Made by a program: the position numbers and the translations under genes
From: Nemertoderma westbladi
Lineage: Eukaryota > Animalia > Xenacoelomorpha
Length of the DNA stretch: 64,000 bases
NCBI GenBank assembly: GCA_032718475.1
Contig: JAUCBJ010008313.1
Coordinates: 186,001 to 250,000, forward strand
Reading direction: 5' to 3'
Notes under the pieces: model-generated
Told to the model about the DNA's origin: nothing
The model's input: only the letters and a program-made list of their open reading frames with translations
Databases searched by the model: none
Shown here: positions 22,241 to 36,300 of the stretch, one piece after another
Numbering within the stretch: position 1 is the stretch's first letter
Layout: the number at the start of each line of letters is the position of its first letter

Positions 22241-25200
22241 TTGGGATATATGTATGTATATACGCGGCTTATAATGGAGAAGGAAATTAGAGCTCAACTG
22301 CGGAGAGGATTTACTGCCAGAGAGGAGGCGGAACTACCATTTGCCCGACCCGGGTGCAAAGACTCGAACGTTTACTACCATGGGAGGTCGGTAATGGAAT
22401 TGAATAGGAAGTATAAACCCGCGTATGATAAAGAATTGAGGAGGGAAAGAATGAGAGCGTTGGGAGACCGTATGGAAGTTTTGCGGAAGGAGTATCGCAC
22501 TCGGTATCCCTACGATTTTGCGTTAGACGTATGCGACATTAGTGCAGACCCGGACGAGGAGATCGCGCGGCTGTACCATATGAACATGTTTTTACGACAC
22601 GACGAACCTCTACCTGCAGTCCGAGATCAGTTCGACGGAATGCATCTGTACCGGAGGACTCGAGGCAAGGATCAAGAGACGCCAAAGGTCTTCAGTGTAT
22701 ACAAGTAGTTCTACAAATGTGGTGAATGCATGAATAAACAAGACGTGGCGATTCCCGATCGACTGGACAAGCAACATCCTGAACCGATATTAACGCGATG
22801 TCAAGCTCACCAGTTCCTTAGATACAACGAGGGAGGTTACCCAATGAGCAACCCGATGATCAGTATCGACTTCAGCGGAAAGCGACCTCCGAGACCCATT
22901 ACGCCGACCATTACGACATTAGATCCATATACGGAGATTAAACCCTGTTCGACACCCAGTTTGATAGAGACGTCAGCGGCCATTTCGCTATACCGAGCCT
23001 ATAAGGACCTAGAGGCGCGGCGCGAAGCGGCACGGGACTCGGGAACCAAACCCGCGGGTTTGGAGCTCTCGAGTCCCTGGACTACGTTTACTTCGCCTCA
23101 CCGAGCGAGAAATCTCACGCCTGAGCATCAGGACGACATAGACGCGTTGCGGCAGGAGGATCGAGCGGCGAAGGCGAAACAATTATTCGAAGAGCGGGTA
23201 GCGGAGTATAATAAGACCGCGGATGACATCAGGAGGAGACGAGGAGAGTGACCGGATTTGTTCCACAGGCCGTATCTCAACCCCGAACGGTGTATTATTC
23301 CGACGGCAACGAACCTGCAATATTGGTAGATCACCCAGAGTCGCGAGAAGCGATTAGATTCTTGCCGATGGTGAGGATGTCGGATCATTGGAACGTCGAA
23401 TGTCTACGGGAAGTTTTATGCGCGAAGTTCTTGCGTGATGTCCCGATGCAGATCACAGACTACGACACGCTTGACAAGATTGGAGCTCCGGGAAAGGAGA
23501 GCAAGTTGTTTGGATGGTTGGATAAGTACATAAAGGTATGGGTCGCGGTGGCTACATTCCCAGACGATGAGGAGGTAGACCAGACGTGGCTGAGGAGAAA
23601 GGGTTCTTACACCCGATATGATGACCACAAGGCTATCGAGCGCATGTGGGTGGACCCCATCCCATCCGACGAGATTCAGCGTCAGTGGAGGAAAACGGAG
23701 GAATCACTACAGGATTGGAGAGTGATGTTCTACGACAATGAAGGAGGTTCTCATCAAGAATGCTTAACTAGCAAGTGCATTCAAATTCGCACGGCAGATG
23801 GTGTGACTCATGTGTTTATGCGCGTAAGGGCGGACCGAGAGAGACTGGAGCCCATAATAACGACACAATATCGTAAAGGGAAGGATCCCAGAGAACAGAT
23901 TTTGGAGGTATGCAGGCGAGGAGGTATGCACGGAGCGGGGCGTATCGACGCCAGGATGCTACCCAAGAAGGTTAGAGAGGCGATTCTCAACCAAGATTAC
24001 GTCAAGGTGGGATCGGGAGTCCAGAGCGATTTGGAGAGTGACTTCAACGCCATGACTGATTTGGAAGATAGATTGCCGAGACCGTTTGTCGACACCAAGC
24101 TATTGTTGCTATGGGCACAGGATATTGGAATTTATAGGGAGTATCCCAACTCTGCCAAGACTGGTTTGGGTTTCATAGCGCATTTGTTGTATAATTGGGA
24201 CTTCAAGTTGAAGATGCAGAAGAGATACGAGGAGGCGTATGGTGAATATAACACGCCACCGGGAGCGGAGTTCAAATCCCACTTCAAGCGGCAAGCGTTA
24301 GTGTATTGGAGCATCTGCGCGCCACCCTGTGTGTCACTGCAATATTATTTGGTGCTTGAGTCGAACACGGTAACTTGTTTATTAGCGGATATAGTTGCGC
24401 GAGTTTTGAAGCATCATCCATTGGTATTCGGAGGAGATCAATATGTTCACTTGAAAGGGGGAATCCAATCTGATGTGATGAAGCGTTTCTTAACCCCGTT
24501 CTTCAACCAATCATTAGAGAATACGTCGATGGTTAGGAGAGGATTAGCGATATTTGAAGGAATATATCGACAGAACATCGGAGATTTGGGAGACCGACCG
24601 TCGATGGAGTATCCGACGCCAGAGGCCTTGGAGAAGTGGTTCGGGAATCAAACCCGCGGGTTTGGTACTCCCTTCCACTCGGAGGCTGATAGACCTGTTA
24701 GAGAGGGTTGGCCGGAGATGTTAGTAGAGGTATTCGGAGTGGATCTTCCGGTGGAGAAGACATATGAACGCGGGAGGAAATATTGGAGATAGAGGACAAG
24801 GGCGAGGATGTTTACTTTGTTCCGGATCGACAACCTCTGACCGGAGAGGACGACAACATATTAGACATTGGGAAAGAAGGAACTGCGAAACCGATTGGAG
24901 ACCTCATATATGAGGGGGCCTGGTTTCCACAAGCGCGTAGGTGCAAGTTGTGCGGCAGCACAAGGCACAATCAAAAATCAAGTGACGCAGTAGTAGAGGC
25001 GGCGCATAAGGTCTGCCGTTGGTGTAATGAGACCGACCATTCGTTTCATACGTGCACCGTCTTCATTTCTCAATGTGGATATTGTGGGGTAAAGGGACAT
25101 CGTAGCGCGAGATGCCAACTGCGAGACGATTCCTTCCAAAACCATAGCGCCAACCTACTTCGGGAGATGCTAGATAAGTGGGAGGGTGTGGCCGATTACC

Positions 25201-25382
25201 ACATCCAAGCGCAGATGCGTTGGTTACCGTTTAAAGCAGGATACAGATTTTGGGCAGTAGACCCATCACACGTTGCGTATGAGCCGTATCTACAGTCGTT
25301 ACCACAATATCAGGAGCTAATATTGACCGCTCAAGATCTTCCGCAGAACACTGGAGTCATCGGGAATACTTCAGACAGTTAA
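22241..25382 (+). pseudogene. BEL-2 copy 1 accessory ORF3: unknown N-terminal ~490 aa, DEDDy-like 3'-5' exonuclease, three CCHC knuckles
   Basis: ORFs 22241-22708, 22730-23251, 23248-24792 and 24783-25382. Motifs MFYDNEG..CIQIRT, LPKKVREAILNQDYVKVGSGVQSD, KTGLGFIAHLL and W-x9-YYLVLE; then CKLCGSTRH, CRWCNETDHSFHTC and CGYCGVKGHRSARC. Confidence 0.75.
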
Positions 25383-25384
25383 AC

Positions 25385-25975
25385 ATGGATAACAAATATA
25401 CTTGGAACTTTGTTGCTATTTGCGACCATATAACGAAAGGTCTATTTTTGGAAACTAGAAAGGTGGTGCGCGCGCGAGGAGATTGGAGGATGGCGGCTAT
25501 ACAATACCATAACGAGTTCCTATTGACTCACGTACCGGTGGGGTCATTGACCGTTGAGAGGATCAAGGAACAGCGAACCGCAGCGCCCACAGCGACAACC
25601 GTTGGAGCTCAAGGCTTGCGGAGAGAACCAGGAGGAGAGGTCCAAGACAAGCATCAAGTCAAGGACGACCACTATCATTCAATTATAGAGGCACAATGAT
25701 TGCAGTGCATGGCTCAAGGCACGTCCGAGAAAGCGCGTGTGCAATTGCAGAAGGAAGAGTTGGCGGAAGCGACCACAGGAGCACGACAATTGGGACGAGG
25801 CCGAGGGAGAAGCACCAGCCGGGAATCAGTCGGGGCTCAGGGAACATCGTCGCCGGTTCCGGGGAGTGACGCCTCACAGACGCCGTCAACAGAGTCTACA
25901 GGGGGTAGACTGGTGTATCTGGGAAGGGGGCGGAAGAGAGGAGCGAGCCCGAAGAACCCAGGAGCAGGTCGGTAA
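25385..25975 (+). pseudogene. BEL-2 copy 1 accessory ORF4: small protein with RG-rich basic tail
   Basis: ATG 2 nt after the ORF3 stop; in-frame ORFs 25385-25699 and 25700-25975 separated by one TGA; GRGRGR and GRGRKRG. Confidence 0.5.
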
Positions 25976-26500
25976 TGCAAGCGTATCATGGAGCGACAGA
26001 CTCTAGATATATACATCATCGTCGCTCTGATGTATATTGTAGCATTTTTGTAAATATCCGACTGGACTCATATATACTAGTTGTAATAATTTGAATTTAT
26101 ATTATGAGAGAGGCGAAGGAGGTGATTGGGGAGACAAACCTGCGGGTTTGGCTTACTCGTTTCACCTACCCTAGCAAGTTTTATAGAGAAAGCAGTATTT
26201 TTATAAATTTAATTTGTATGTAGTAAGTAGTAATCATTATGTAGAACGAACGAGAAAGCAATATTTTTGTAAATTTAATTTGTATGTAATAATCGTTGAC
26301 ATTGAAAGAGATAATATTTTGTAAATTTAATTTGTATGCAATCCATTATGCAATATCTATGGCAATATTTGTAAATAGTAGAATTATTATAGTATCAAGT
26401 TATTTAGATTATTTGAAAGCAAATTTATTTTGTTTTGTATACATCGCCCTATACTCTTCTACAATTGGAGGGAAACATTGCTTGATTTCACTTGGAGCGG

Positions 26501-28738
26501 TGTTACGGTATATGGCGCTGTACCTACATTAGTCCGTTATACAGTATAATATATTAGCCGTTATACAGTATAATATATTAGCCGTTATACAGTATAATAT
26601 ATTAGCCGTTATACAGTATAATATATTAGCCGTTGTACAGTATAATTATTTAGATAAGACATAATAACGCGCAATGACATTTAGATAAGGAAAATAAAAC
26701 GCCCATATATTTGAATTCATCCATTTTGTATAGTATGTAGCCCTACCTACGTAATTTTGTAATAGGATATAAGTAAATAGTTCCAGGGTAGCAAGTTTCC
26801 TGTTGGACCCTTGATATAAGCTTGCTGTTATTAGCCTCAATAGGGCTAGCTATGTATTGGTCTTAATTTTCTTTATAATTGCGCTAAATTAATCTTTGTG
26901 CATCATATTATTACTACCGCTAAATTAAGCATCGCCAAAATTACCATATATGGTAATAATTTGTGATTTCGGGAGCGAGAGGTTCACAATCCGGCTTCCT
27001 TATTGGCCTAAATGCTTCCAGGTTGGTCTAATGGTAGCGCGGATTGGGGAGCCAATGAGAGAGCGATTGCATCATCCTCCGTGAATCACCTATAAATAGG
27101 CGGTATTTCCGGTATGTGCTTTGTAATTCTTTGTAATTTGTAACCCTAGTCGTAATTTAGACTAATTATTCTGTATTTTGCGTATTTCTGCCTTTTCCAA
27201 TTATTTCTTGTAATAATTTTGCTAATTTGTAATCTCTGCTGATTTCTTGGTGTGTTTCTCAATCAATCCCAATGATTACTGTTAATTACAACTGGAACTA
27301 TGATTTCTACCCTTTAGTTGATGGTTCTATGTGATTCCTTTCGATGCAATAATCCCACGGGATTTTCTTAGACTGTCAGACTTTGTGATTTGCATGCGCC
27401 GTTACGGTAGCTACCCATTAGATGGAGGGCTGAGGTACCGGTAGGCGCGGCGGGCGCATCGGGGGGTTAGCGACGAAGGGAGTGCGGAGAATTCAAAGGC
27501 AGGCAACGCTGGCGGGGAGGTCACCGTTTCGGTCGGTCAGTTAGTATTGTAGAGTGAAGACCGCTCGCTGGTACAGTAATTAAGGGCTGATGATCCAGAT
27601 TTTGTCTCTATTATGTAGTATTAGGGGGGCAGGAATTGGGTTAGTTAGGAAGCCTAGATGTACCCGGGAGAGGCCTGCGTGCTTTATATTGCGAGCTAAA
27701 CTGTAGACTACGTCGCAAACTACTTGCGAAATGTAGATTGCGAGTTGTGAACTGTGAATTGCTGACTGCTGATTGTGAATTGTGCATTAAGAACTATAAT
27801 TGGTAAGTATAAACTATTGATTGTTACGCTGATTGGTGTGTTACTAAAGTGTGCCTAATAAATCACGAATGCTTAGATAGGTGCTCTTTTCCCTTTGATT
27901 GATTTCTATTTCTTAGTTTACTATAAATAATTACTGATTAGGTCGAAAATAATACGGTATTTGGACTGTTACTAGTGCAACCTGTTACGTAATAAATTAG
28001 AATTACGCATTCTGGAACACTTAGTAATTAGTACGCTGTTGCATATTTGTGACTGTAATTAATTAGTAAAATTAAGAATTTGTATGCAGCATAGTGGAGA
28101 GTAGTTAAGGTAATAATTTGGAGTACAGTAAACTATTCACTCTGGGCGGTTATTTGAAATCAGCGGGCAATAAGTTAGATCGCAGTATCTAGTACGCAGC
28201 ACGCATTAGTAAATTGCTGGCCTAAAGCCAGCCGGAGGCAAGTTTAGTCCCATAGTAGGTATCATTCCCTGATATAAAAACTGTACCAATTTTTTGATTA
28301 TTTAAATATTCTCACATTCACATTCTGTTAGGGAACCCCAGTATTTGCGATTAGAAAAGACGTAATTATTAGCGCGTTTTAACAGTAAAATTAGGCCATA
28401 AGAATACACTCTGAGTGTAAAGCCTCTCACACTCGTCTTAAGTAAGCTTAGGGAGCCGATTCGGGTTTATTGTTTTGGTTATTCCCGCGTGGCTCATATG
28501 TTCGAACAGTTAGCTCTCTATCGAGCAATCGGTAGAGAAAGGAACAAGCGATTAGCAGGAGCCGTAGAAAATTAGTAAAATATATTAGCGGACGGCAGGT
28601 TAGCGCCATCCAACAGTAAGTAGCGGTTTTGTATTTAGCAGCCCTACAGTAGTAATAGCACGCTCCTGATTACCCCTGTTTAACAGTAGAGCAGTCTTTG
28701 TGTCTTTATTGGTTAGGCAGGGACCCGCTAGTTTAACA
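26501..28738 (+). repeat. BEL-2 LTR 2 (shared middle LTR, 2238 bp)
   Basis: Direct repeat of 10201-12436. Confidence 0.95.
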
Positions 28739-29801
28739 GTAAAGCGCGTTATTTTGTTTTGCTGTACTGCGTACAGTAAGACAAAGTGTATTTTTAGGCT
28801 GTTAGGTTAGATTACTGTATTCACTAGTCGCAATACAGTAGTACAGTAGTGCATTAGGCTGATTGCTGTTACTGCGTACGGTAGAAAAGACATTTGTTTT
28901 GCTGTACCACATACAGTATTCATTAGGCTGTTAGCTTGGTGTACTATTTTACTCACTGTACTGTGTACAGTGGATGTACGGTAGTGTGTTTACTAATCGC
29001 AAATACAGCAGTTCATTAGGCCGTTAAGGCAAGCTGTAATTAGTAAGTTTTTGAAAATTTTAGCTAGGTTTGTGAGAATTCAGTTTTGTTCAAAATTATT
29101 TTGTAATAAAATCTAGAGTTTTGTACCGGTATGTTAGATAACCGCTTAGTTGTTTTATACCATCTGGAGATACATGGCAAGACAGAGCTTCTGAGTTTGG
29201 GGTTCGTGTGGGACTGCGGGTTCGGTTTGCAATCAGCGAAGAGCCTGAAACTTTGGACACTGCCGTGGAATCTCACAGCAAACAAGGTTAGTTGTTCTGT
29301 TGGCACCATTGTGTTTGCGGAAGCAGTATAAAATTACCGGTTGTTTAACTGCGAAGCTGAACTCAATTTATTAGTTAGGTTAGTTAGGTTTAGCCGACCA
29401 TGGTTTTTTGAATCGTTCAAGTTAGAGAGAGAGAGAGAGAGAGAGTCGCAACCCGAAGGTGTAGCCACGCGCAAGTGGATACATATAATATTTGAAATTA
29501 AAATTGCGTTGATTAGAGCTATATATATAAAATTAGAAATATTTGGGTGGCAAGTTCATTTTTGAATATTTTGAATTAGATTCAGAAATTATTTTGTGTC
29601 ATACCGGTATTTAAATGCTATATAATAGCTATGGAATAAGATTTTTTCATTATATTCACAATATTGTATTGCGAATTTATTTGACATTTTGTGACCAACT
29701 AATTATTTGACAAATAATTTAATCGTATTTTCGATTAAATTATATATATATCTCGAATTTTTTGCGAGATTTTGGCCGGAAGGCAAAATATTATTTAGAC
29801 T

Positions 29802-32800
29802 ATGAGTGTCTCAGAGAAAGAGGCACTAGAGGACAGCAATGAGACGGCGGCTGGACCGCCGACTGACGATAGTGTTAATATTACTGTTGACGACAATGCC
29901 GACTATGACGACGCAGCGAGCGACGCTGACGTAAGTGAACAGGAGGACGAGACAGTAATCAGTGAGGAAGAGCAAGGTGAGCGAATAGTATTAGGATCCC
30001 CTACCACTACTGTAAGGAAGGATTGTACAACAGCCCGGCCAGAGGCGAGTGATAGGGAGAGTAGTGTAGCAAAAGCGAGAGCCCGGAGCCCGGTTTCCAG
30101 ACCTGTGGGTATGGCAAGTGCCGTGGTCCCAGCGGCTATAAGGAGTACCCGTAGTTCCCGAAATAATCCTTCAAGTCCACCAAGTGTGAGTCAGGTAAGC
30201 GAGAGAGAACTAGACATCGCGATAAAGAAGAAACTTCGCGCGCATGCTGGACATATAACCCAGACGGCGGATAAGGTAAGAAAGATGCTAGCCGACTCTG
30301 GTAACATCGGAAGGGAAGGGTTAGTAGAGATTAGAAAGGGATACTACTCAGCGTTATTCAAACAGACGGAGGAGCTTGCAGTCCTAGCAAAGAGCGCAGT
30401 GGAGTCTCAGTCGAGCGACGTGGCGACGAGGGTTTACGATAGGGTTTTAGCAGCCTTGTTGGAGCACCGCGCGTTATCGGAGCGATTCCGACGAGTTAGG
30501 ATGGAGAAATGGCTGCTATGGGAATCACAAGCGCAGGCGACTCAGGTGAGTGATGCAGAGTTGAGAAACTTAGTGGAGCGGGGAGAGATGCAGGATAAGG
30601 ATGAGCGCAGGTATCAGAGGGAAGTTACCAGCTGGCTGATGCAGAGTGGAGTGGTGGTACTGGGTCAGGTGCTGCCGACGACGGACAATATCCAACAGAG
30701 GACGTTAACTCCACCCGACAATGCATCTAGAGACAGTGGCGATTCCCAGGTTAGTCACGCGCGAGGAAAGGACGCGTAAGAACGCCTGTCCCTACAATTT
30801 ATAATCCCAACTTCGAGAACTCGGCGGAAAAGTTTATACAAGAAGCCTGGGTCAGGGCTTTGGCGCGCAAACCAACGTGAGTGCTAAGGACTGACACAGA
30901 CTCAAGCGATGAAGAGGAAGGAACGTCAGAAGTCCCAAAACCATAAGGAAAGAAGGACCGACGCGGAGCAGGTAAGTTTGAACCACCGGGAAAGGACCAG
31001 ACTTAATAACCCTGCAGAACTAAACCATTTGTTAACCCGGAACGACGCAACCCTTAGAGACATAGGTAAGTTTGCCGCTAGGCAAGGACTGCCAACGCAA
31101 CAACCCCAGAAGTTTATGGGTAACCATAAACATTGGAGGACGTTCAAAACCTATGTCGACGAACAGCTGACCAACAGCACCTTTACTCCCAACGAGAAGT
31201 TCAACTATTTCCTTCAAATGCTCCATCGAGAACCTAGAGCCATTGCTGACAACTTCGTGGGCAATGAAAGAGCATTCGAGTTAGCAATAAAGATGCTTAG
31301 CGACATCTACGGGAATAAAACCAAGATGGCACAGTCGATAGTGGAAGACTTGGGTAAGGGCGGAAGGATTACAACTCCGTTAGAGCTGTTGAACTTAGCG
31401 AACGCTATTTCGAACGCATTAGACATCTTGAGGATGCTGAATCTACCTCATCATGGTGATCACGCCGAAGTTTTGAAGAGCATAATAAGACATTTAAACA
31501 TGCGTTACCGACAGAAATGGCACAAATTAGAGAATAAATTAGAGGGTCAAGGTAAAGTGTTGACACTTCAACATATCCATGACATGATAGCCACAGACGC
31601 AGTAGCAGAGATGAAATCAAACTTCTCAGAGGAGAATATGAGAGAGTCTAAACCTGTTACCGTTAAGTCTATGGTAAGTTTTGATGATGACAGGACCACT
31701 GTGACATTTAACTCAGTAGACAGATATAATTCGAGTACCCCTGCCTTTAGATCAGACTCACGAGTATGGTCAGGTGAGCAGTTAGATAGACCTAAGTTAA
31801 AGCAACAGGAGTTACCGGTTGGATTTGTAGGTTGCCAATTCTGCTTACTAAAGGAGGTAAGATCTGACGACCATAAGTTAGACAGTTGCAGACGGTTCAA
31901 AGAATTAACTTCGGAACAGAGAAGAGTTCAAGTGCGGACGTTGGACACCTGTTGGGCATGTCTTGCGCCAGGTCCTGTACGGCGACAGTGCCCGAACAGT
32001 AAGGACGGATGCATGGAATGCGGCAGACTACATCACAAGTTGCTACATGCGGATTTCCATACCCCAATGGAACGTTACTTACAGAGAAATCCTCAAAGGA
32101 AGGGGAGCAGAGATCCCGTATCGATAAGGAGAAATACGTACACTGGCATCAGGACGATGGTCATCAACCAGGTTCGTCGGACGAGGATGGCGAGTCGAGC
32201 GCGAGAGAGGTGACCTGCCAAGGTTTCACTGCGGATAGTTCATCGACCAGCGCGCGGACGTATTTATCATCGGCCACGTCGGAGATATTTAGCGTGATTC
32301 CGGTGAAACTTACTGGCGAAAAAGGATCGAAGAGAATATATGTGATGTTGGACACTGCATCCACATTATCTTATATCGACGAGGAAGTGGCGAGAGCTGT
32401 TTCTAGTTTCCAGGACGCAGAGGAGATCCGAATAGAGTTAAAGTCCATGCACGGGGTAGGGGACCTCAAGGGACACAGAATTTCGGTAGAACTAGACTCC
32501 CTACTTCCAAGAGACCAGCACACTCGACAAGAACGGAGAGCGCTGCCATTGGACGGATTTAAGTGTCTAGCTATGAAGGGGTTCGGCAGGCAGTTAGGTA
32601 AGGTGCCGCCGATGAGTCCCATAGCATAGGAGTATTTTGACAAGCTCAAAGTACCGAGACACCAGGTAGGTTATAGGAATGTTTCTATGTTGATTGGTGC
32701 AGAACAGCTGATCGCACAGCAAATATGGGAAACGAGACCAGCTGAGCCACATGTAAATGGACCACATGCCCATAGGACTATATTAGGTTGGTATACACGA

Positions 32801-33287
32801 GTACCCATGGTATGGTAACGAGACCAGCTGAGCCGCATGTAAATGGACCACATGCCTATAGGACTATATTAGGTTGGAATACACGAGTACCCATGGTATA
32901 CAGGTGGTGACAAGCCAAAGGATAGATACAACAGATTACAGCCTATAACTCAACCACCGTTAGTAGAACCACCAGACATAGACGAGTTTAGGAGAACCTG
33001 TATTGACCACTATAGTGATGTTAGCGAGTCTGACGAGGAGTTGATTCCCGATAATGTTAGGTTGTCGGAACCACTCTACAATGACCGGACAGATAGTGAA
33101 CCCGAGGACTACTGTTATCAGACCCGTGGGTCTGGTTCAGCGGCCCATGCTACCTACTTGAGTAACGTTTTGACTTATACCGATATAGTGGATGGTCAGG
33201 TGGCTAAATATCGAGACCTCGACATTTTCCAAAACAGTGAGGAGGAGTTGCAGAAGGAATTGATACGCCAGGACCTCGAGACAGGAG
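29802..33287 (+). pseudogene. gag: BEL-2 copy 2 gag and protease; RT, RNase H and integrase deleted
   Basis: ORFs 29802-30779, 30909-32213 (PQKFMGNHKHWRTF, triple knuckle) and 32009-32629 (VMLDTAS). The junction at ~33287 joins the equivalent of 17780 to 22135. Confidence 0.92.
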
Positions 33288-33393
33288 AGAGTCGAATCTG
33301 AACTGCTGGAAGGCGGGGGGGTTCGGGAGGTCTGTCCTTCGGCGGCATCTAACTGATTTACCTGCAGTGTAATTAATTACGTAACGGACCCTA

Positions 33394-36300
33394 TTGGGAT
33401 ATATGTATGTATATACGCGGCTTATAATGGAGAAGGAAATTAGAGCTCAACCGCGGAGAGGATTTACTGCCAGAGAGGAGGCGGAACTACCATTTGCCCG
33501 ACCCGGGTGTAAAGACTCGAACGTTTACTACCATGGGAGGTCGGTAATGGAATTTAATGGGAAGTATAAACCCGCGTATGATAAAGAATTGAGGAGGGAA
33601 AGAATGAGAGCGTTGGGAGACCGTATGGAAGTTTTGCAGAAGGAGTATCGCACTCGGTATCCCTACGATTTTGCGTTAGACATATGCGACATTAGTGCAG
33701 ACCCGGACAAGGAGATCGCGCGGCTGTACCATAGGAACATGTATTTACGACACGACGAACCTCTACCTGCAGTCCGAGATCAGTTCGACGGAATGCATCT
33801 GTACCGGAGGACTCGAGGCGAGGATCAAGAGACGCGAAAGGTCTTCAGTGTATACAAGTTGTTCTACAAATGTGGTGAATGCATGAATAAACAAGACGTG
33901 GCAATTCCCGATCGACTGGACGAGCAACATCCTGAACCGATATTAACGCGATGTCAAGCTTACAAGTTCCTTAGATACAACGAGGGAGGTTACCCAATGA
34001 GCAACCCGATGATCAGTATCGACTTCAGCGGAAAGTGACCTCCAAGACCCATTACGCCGACCGTTACGACATTAGATCCGTATACAGAGATTAAACCCTG
34101 TTCGACACCCAGTTTGATAGAGACGGCAGCGGCCATTTCGCTATACCGAGCCTATAAGGACCTAGAGGCGCGGCGCGAAGCGGCACGGGACTCGGGTACC
34201 AAACCCGCGGGTTTGGAGCTTTCGAGTCCCTGGACTACATTTACTTCGCCTTACCGAGCGAGAAATCTCACGCCTGAGCATCAGGACGACATAGACGCGT
34301 TGCGGCAGGAGGAGCGAGTGGCGAAGGCGAAACAATTATTCGAAGAGCGGGTAGCGGAGTATAATAAGACTGCTTTCTGGAGACTGGAGGAGACGAGGAG
34401 AGTGACCGGATTTGTTCCACAGGCCGTATCTCAACCCCGACCGGTGTATTATTCCGACGGCAACGAACCTGCGATATTGGTAGATCACCCGGAGTCGCGA
34501 GAAGCGATTAGATTCTTGCCGATGGTGAGGATGTCGGATCATTGGAACGTCGACTGTCTACGGGAAGTTTTATGCGCGAAGTTCTTGCGTGACGTCCCGA
34601 TGCAGATCACAGACTACGACACGCTTGACAAGATTGGAGCTCCGGGAAAGGAGAGCAAGTTGTTTGGATGGTTGGATAAGTACATAAAGGTATGGGTAGC
34701 GGTGGCTACATTCCCAGACGATGAGGAGGTAGACCAGACGTGGCTGAGGAGAAAGGGTTCTTACACCCGATATGATGACCACAAGGCTATCGAGCGCATG
34801 TGGGTGGACCCCATCCGACGAGATTCAGTGTCAGTGGAGGAAAACGGAGGAATCACTACAGGATTGGAGAGTGATGTTCTACGACAATGAAGGAGGTTCT
34901 CATCAAGAATGCTTAACTAGCAAGTGCATTCAAATTCGGACGGAGGATGGTGTGACTCATGTATTTATGCGCATAAGGGCGGACCGAGAGAGACCGGAGC
35001 CCATAATAACGACACAATATCGTAAAGGGAAGGATCCCAGAGAACAGATTTTGGAGGTATGCAGGCGAGGAGGTATGCATGGAGCGGGGCGTATCGACAC
35101 CAGGATGCTACCCAAGAAGGTTAGAGAGGTGATTCTCAACCAAGATTACGTCAAGGTGGGATCGGGAGTCCAGAGCGATTTGGAGAGTGACTTCAACGCC
35201 ATGACTGATTTGGAAGATAGATTGCCGAGACCGTTTGTCGACACCAAGCTATTGTTGCTATGGGCACAGGATATTGGAATTTATAGGGAGTATCCCAACT
35301 CTGCCAAGACTGGTATGGGCTTCATAGCGCATTTGTTGTATAATTGGGACTTCAAGTTGAAGACGCAAAAGAAATACGAGGAGGCATATGGTGAATATAA
35401 CACGCCACCGGGAGCAGAGTTCAAATCCCACTTCAAGCGGCAAGCGTTAGTGTATTGGAACATCTGTGCGCCACCCCGTGCGCCACTGCAATATTATTTG
35501 GTGCTTGAGTCGAACACGGTAACTTGTTTATTAGCGGATATCATTGCGCGAGTTTTGAAGCATCATCCATTGGTATTCGGAGGAGATCAATACATTCGCT
35601 CGAAAGGGGGAATCCAATCTGATGTGATGAAGCGTTTCTTAACCCCGTTCTTCAACCAATCGTTAGAGAATACGTCGATGGTTAGGAGAGGATTAGCGAT
35701 ATTTGAAGGAATATATCGACAGAACATCAGAGATTTGGGAGACCAACCGTCGATGGAGTATCCGACCCCAGAGGCCTTGGAGAAGTGGTTCGGGAATCAA
35801 ACCCGCGGGTTTGGTACTCCCTTCCACTCGGAGGCTGATAGACCTGTTAGAGAGGGTTGGCCGGAGACGTTAGTAGAGGTATTCGGAGTGGATCTTCCGG
35901 TGGAGAAGACATATGACCGCGGGAGGAAATATTGGAGATAGAGGACAAGGGCGAGGATGTTTACTTTGTTCCGGATCGACAACCTCTGACCGGAGAGGAC
36001 GACATCGTATTAGAAATTGGGAAAGAAGGAAGTGCGAAACCGATTGGAGACCTCATATATGAGAGGGCCTGGTTTCCACAAGCGCATAGGTGCAAGTTGT
36101 GCGGCAGCACAAGGCACAATCAAAAATCATGTGACGCAGTAGTAGAGGCGGCGCATAAGGTCTGCCGTTGGTGTAATGAGACCGACCATTTGTTTCATAC
36201 GTGCACCATCTTCATTTCTCAATGCTGATATTGTGGGGTAAAGGGACATCGTAGCGCGAGATGCCAACTGCGAGACGATTCCTTCCAAAACCATAGTGCC

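Noticed and set aside
22241-25975. env gene
   Set aside because: No evident signal peptide, transmembrane anchor or fusion-protein Cys pattern; nuclease and knuckle motifs instead.
33280-33295. Copy-2 pol deletion as a spliced-out intron
   Set aside because: The deleted segment ends in AG but does not start with GT or GC.
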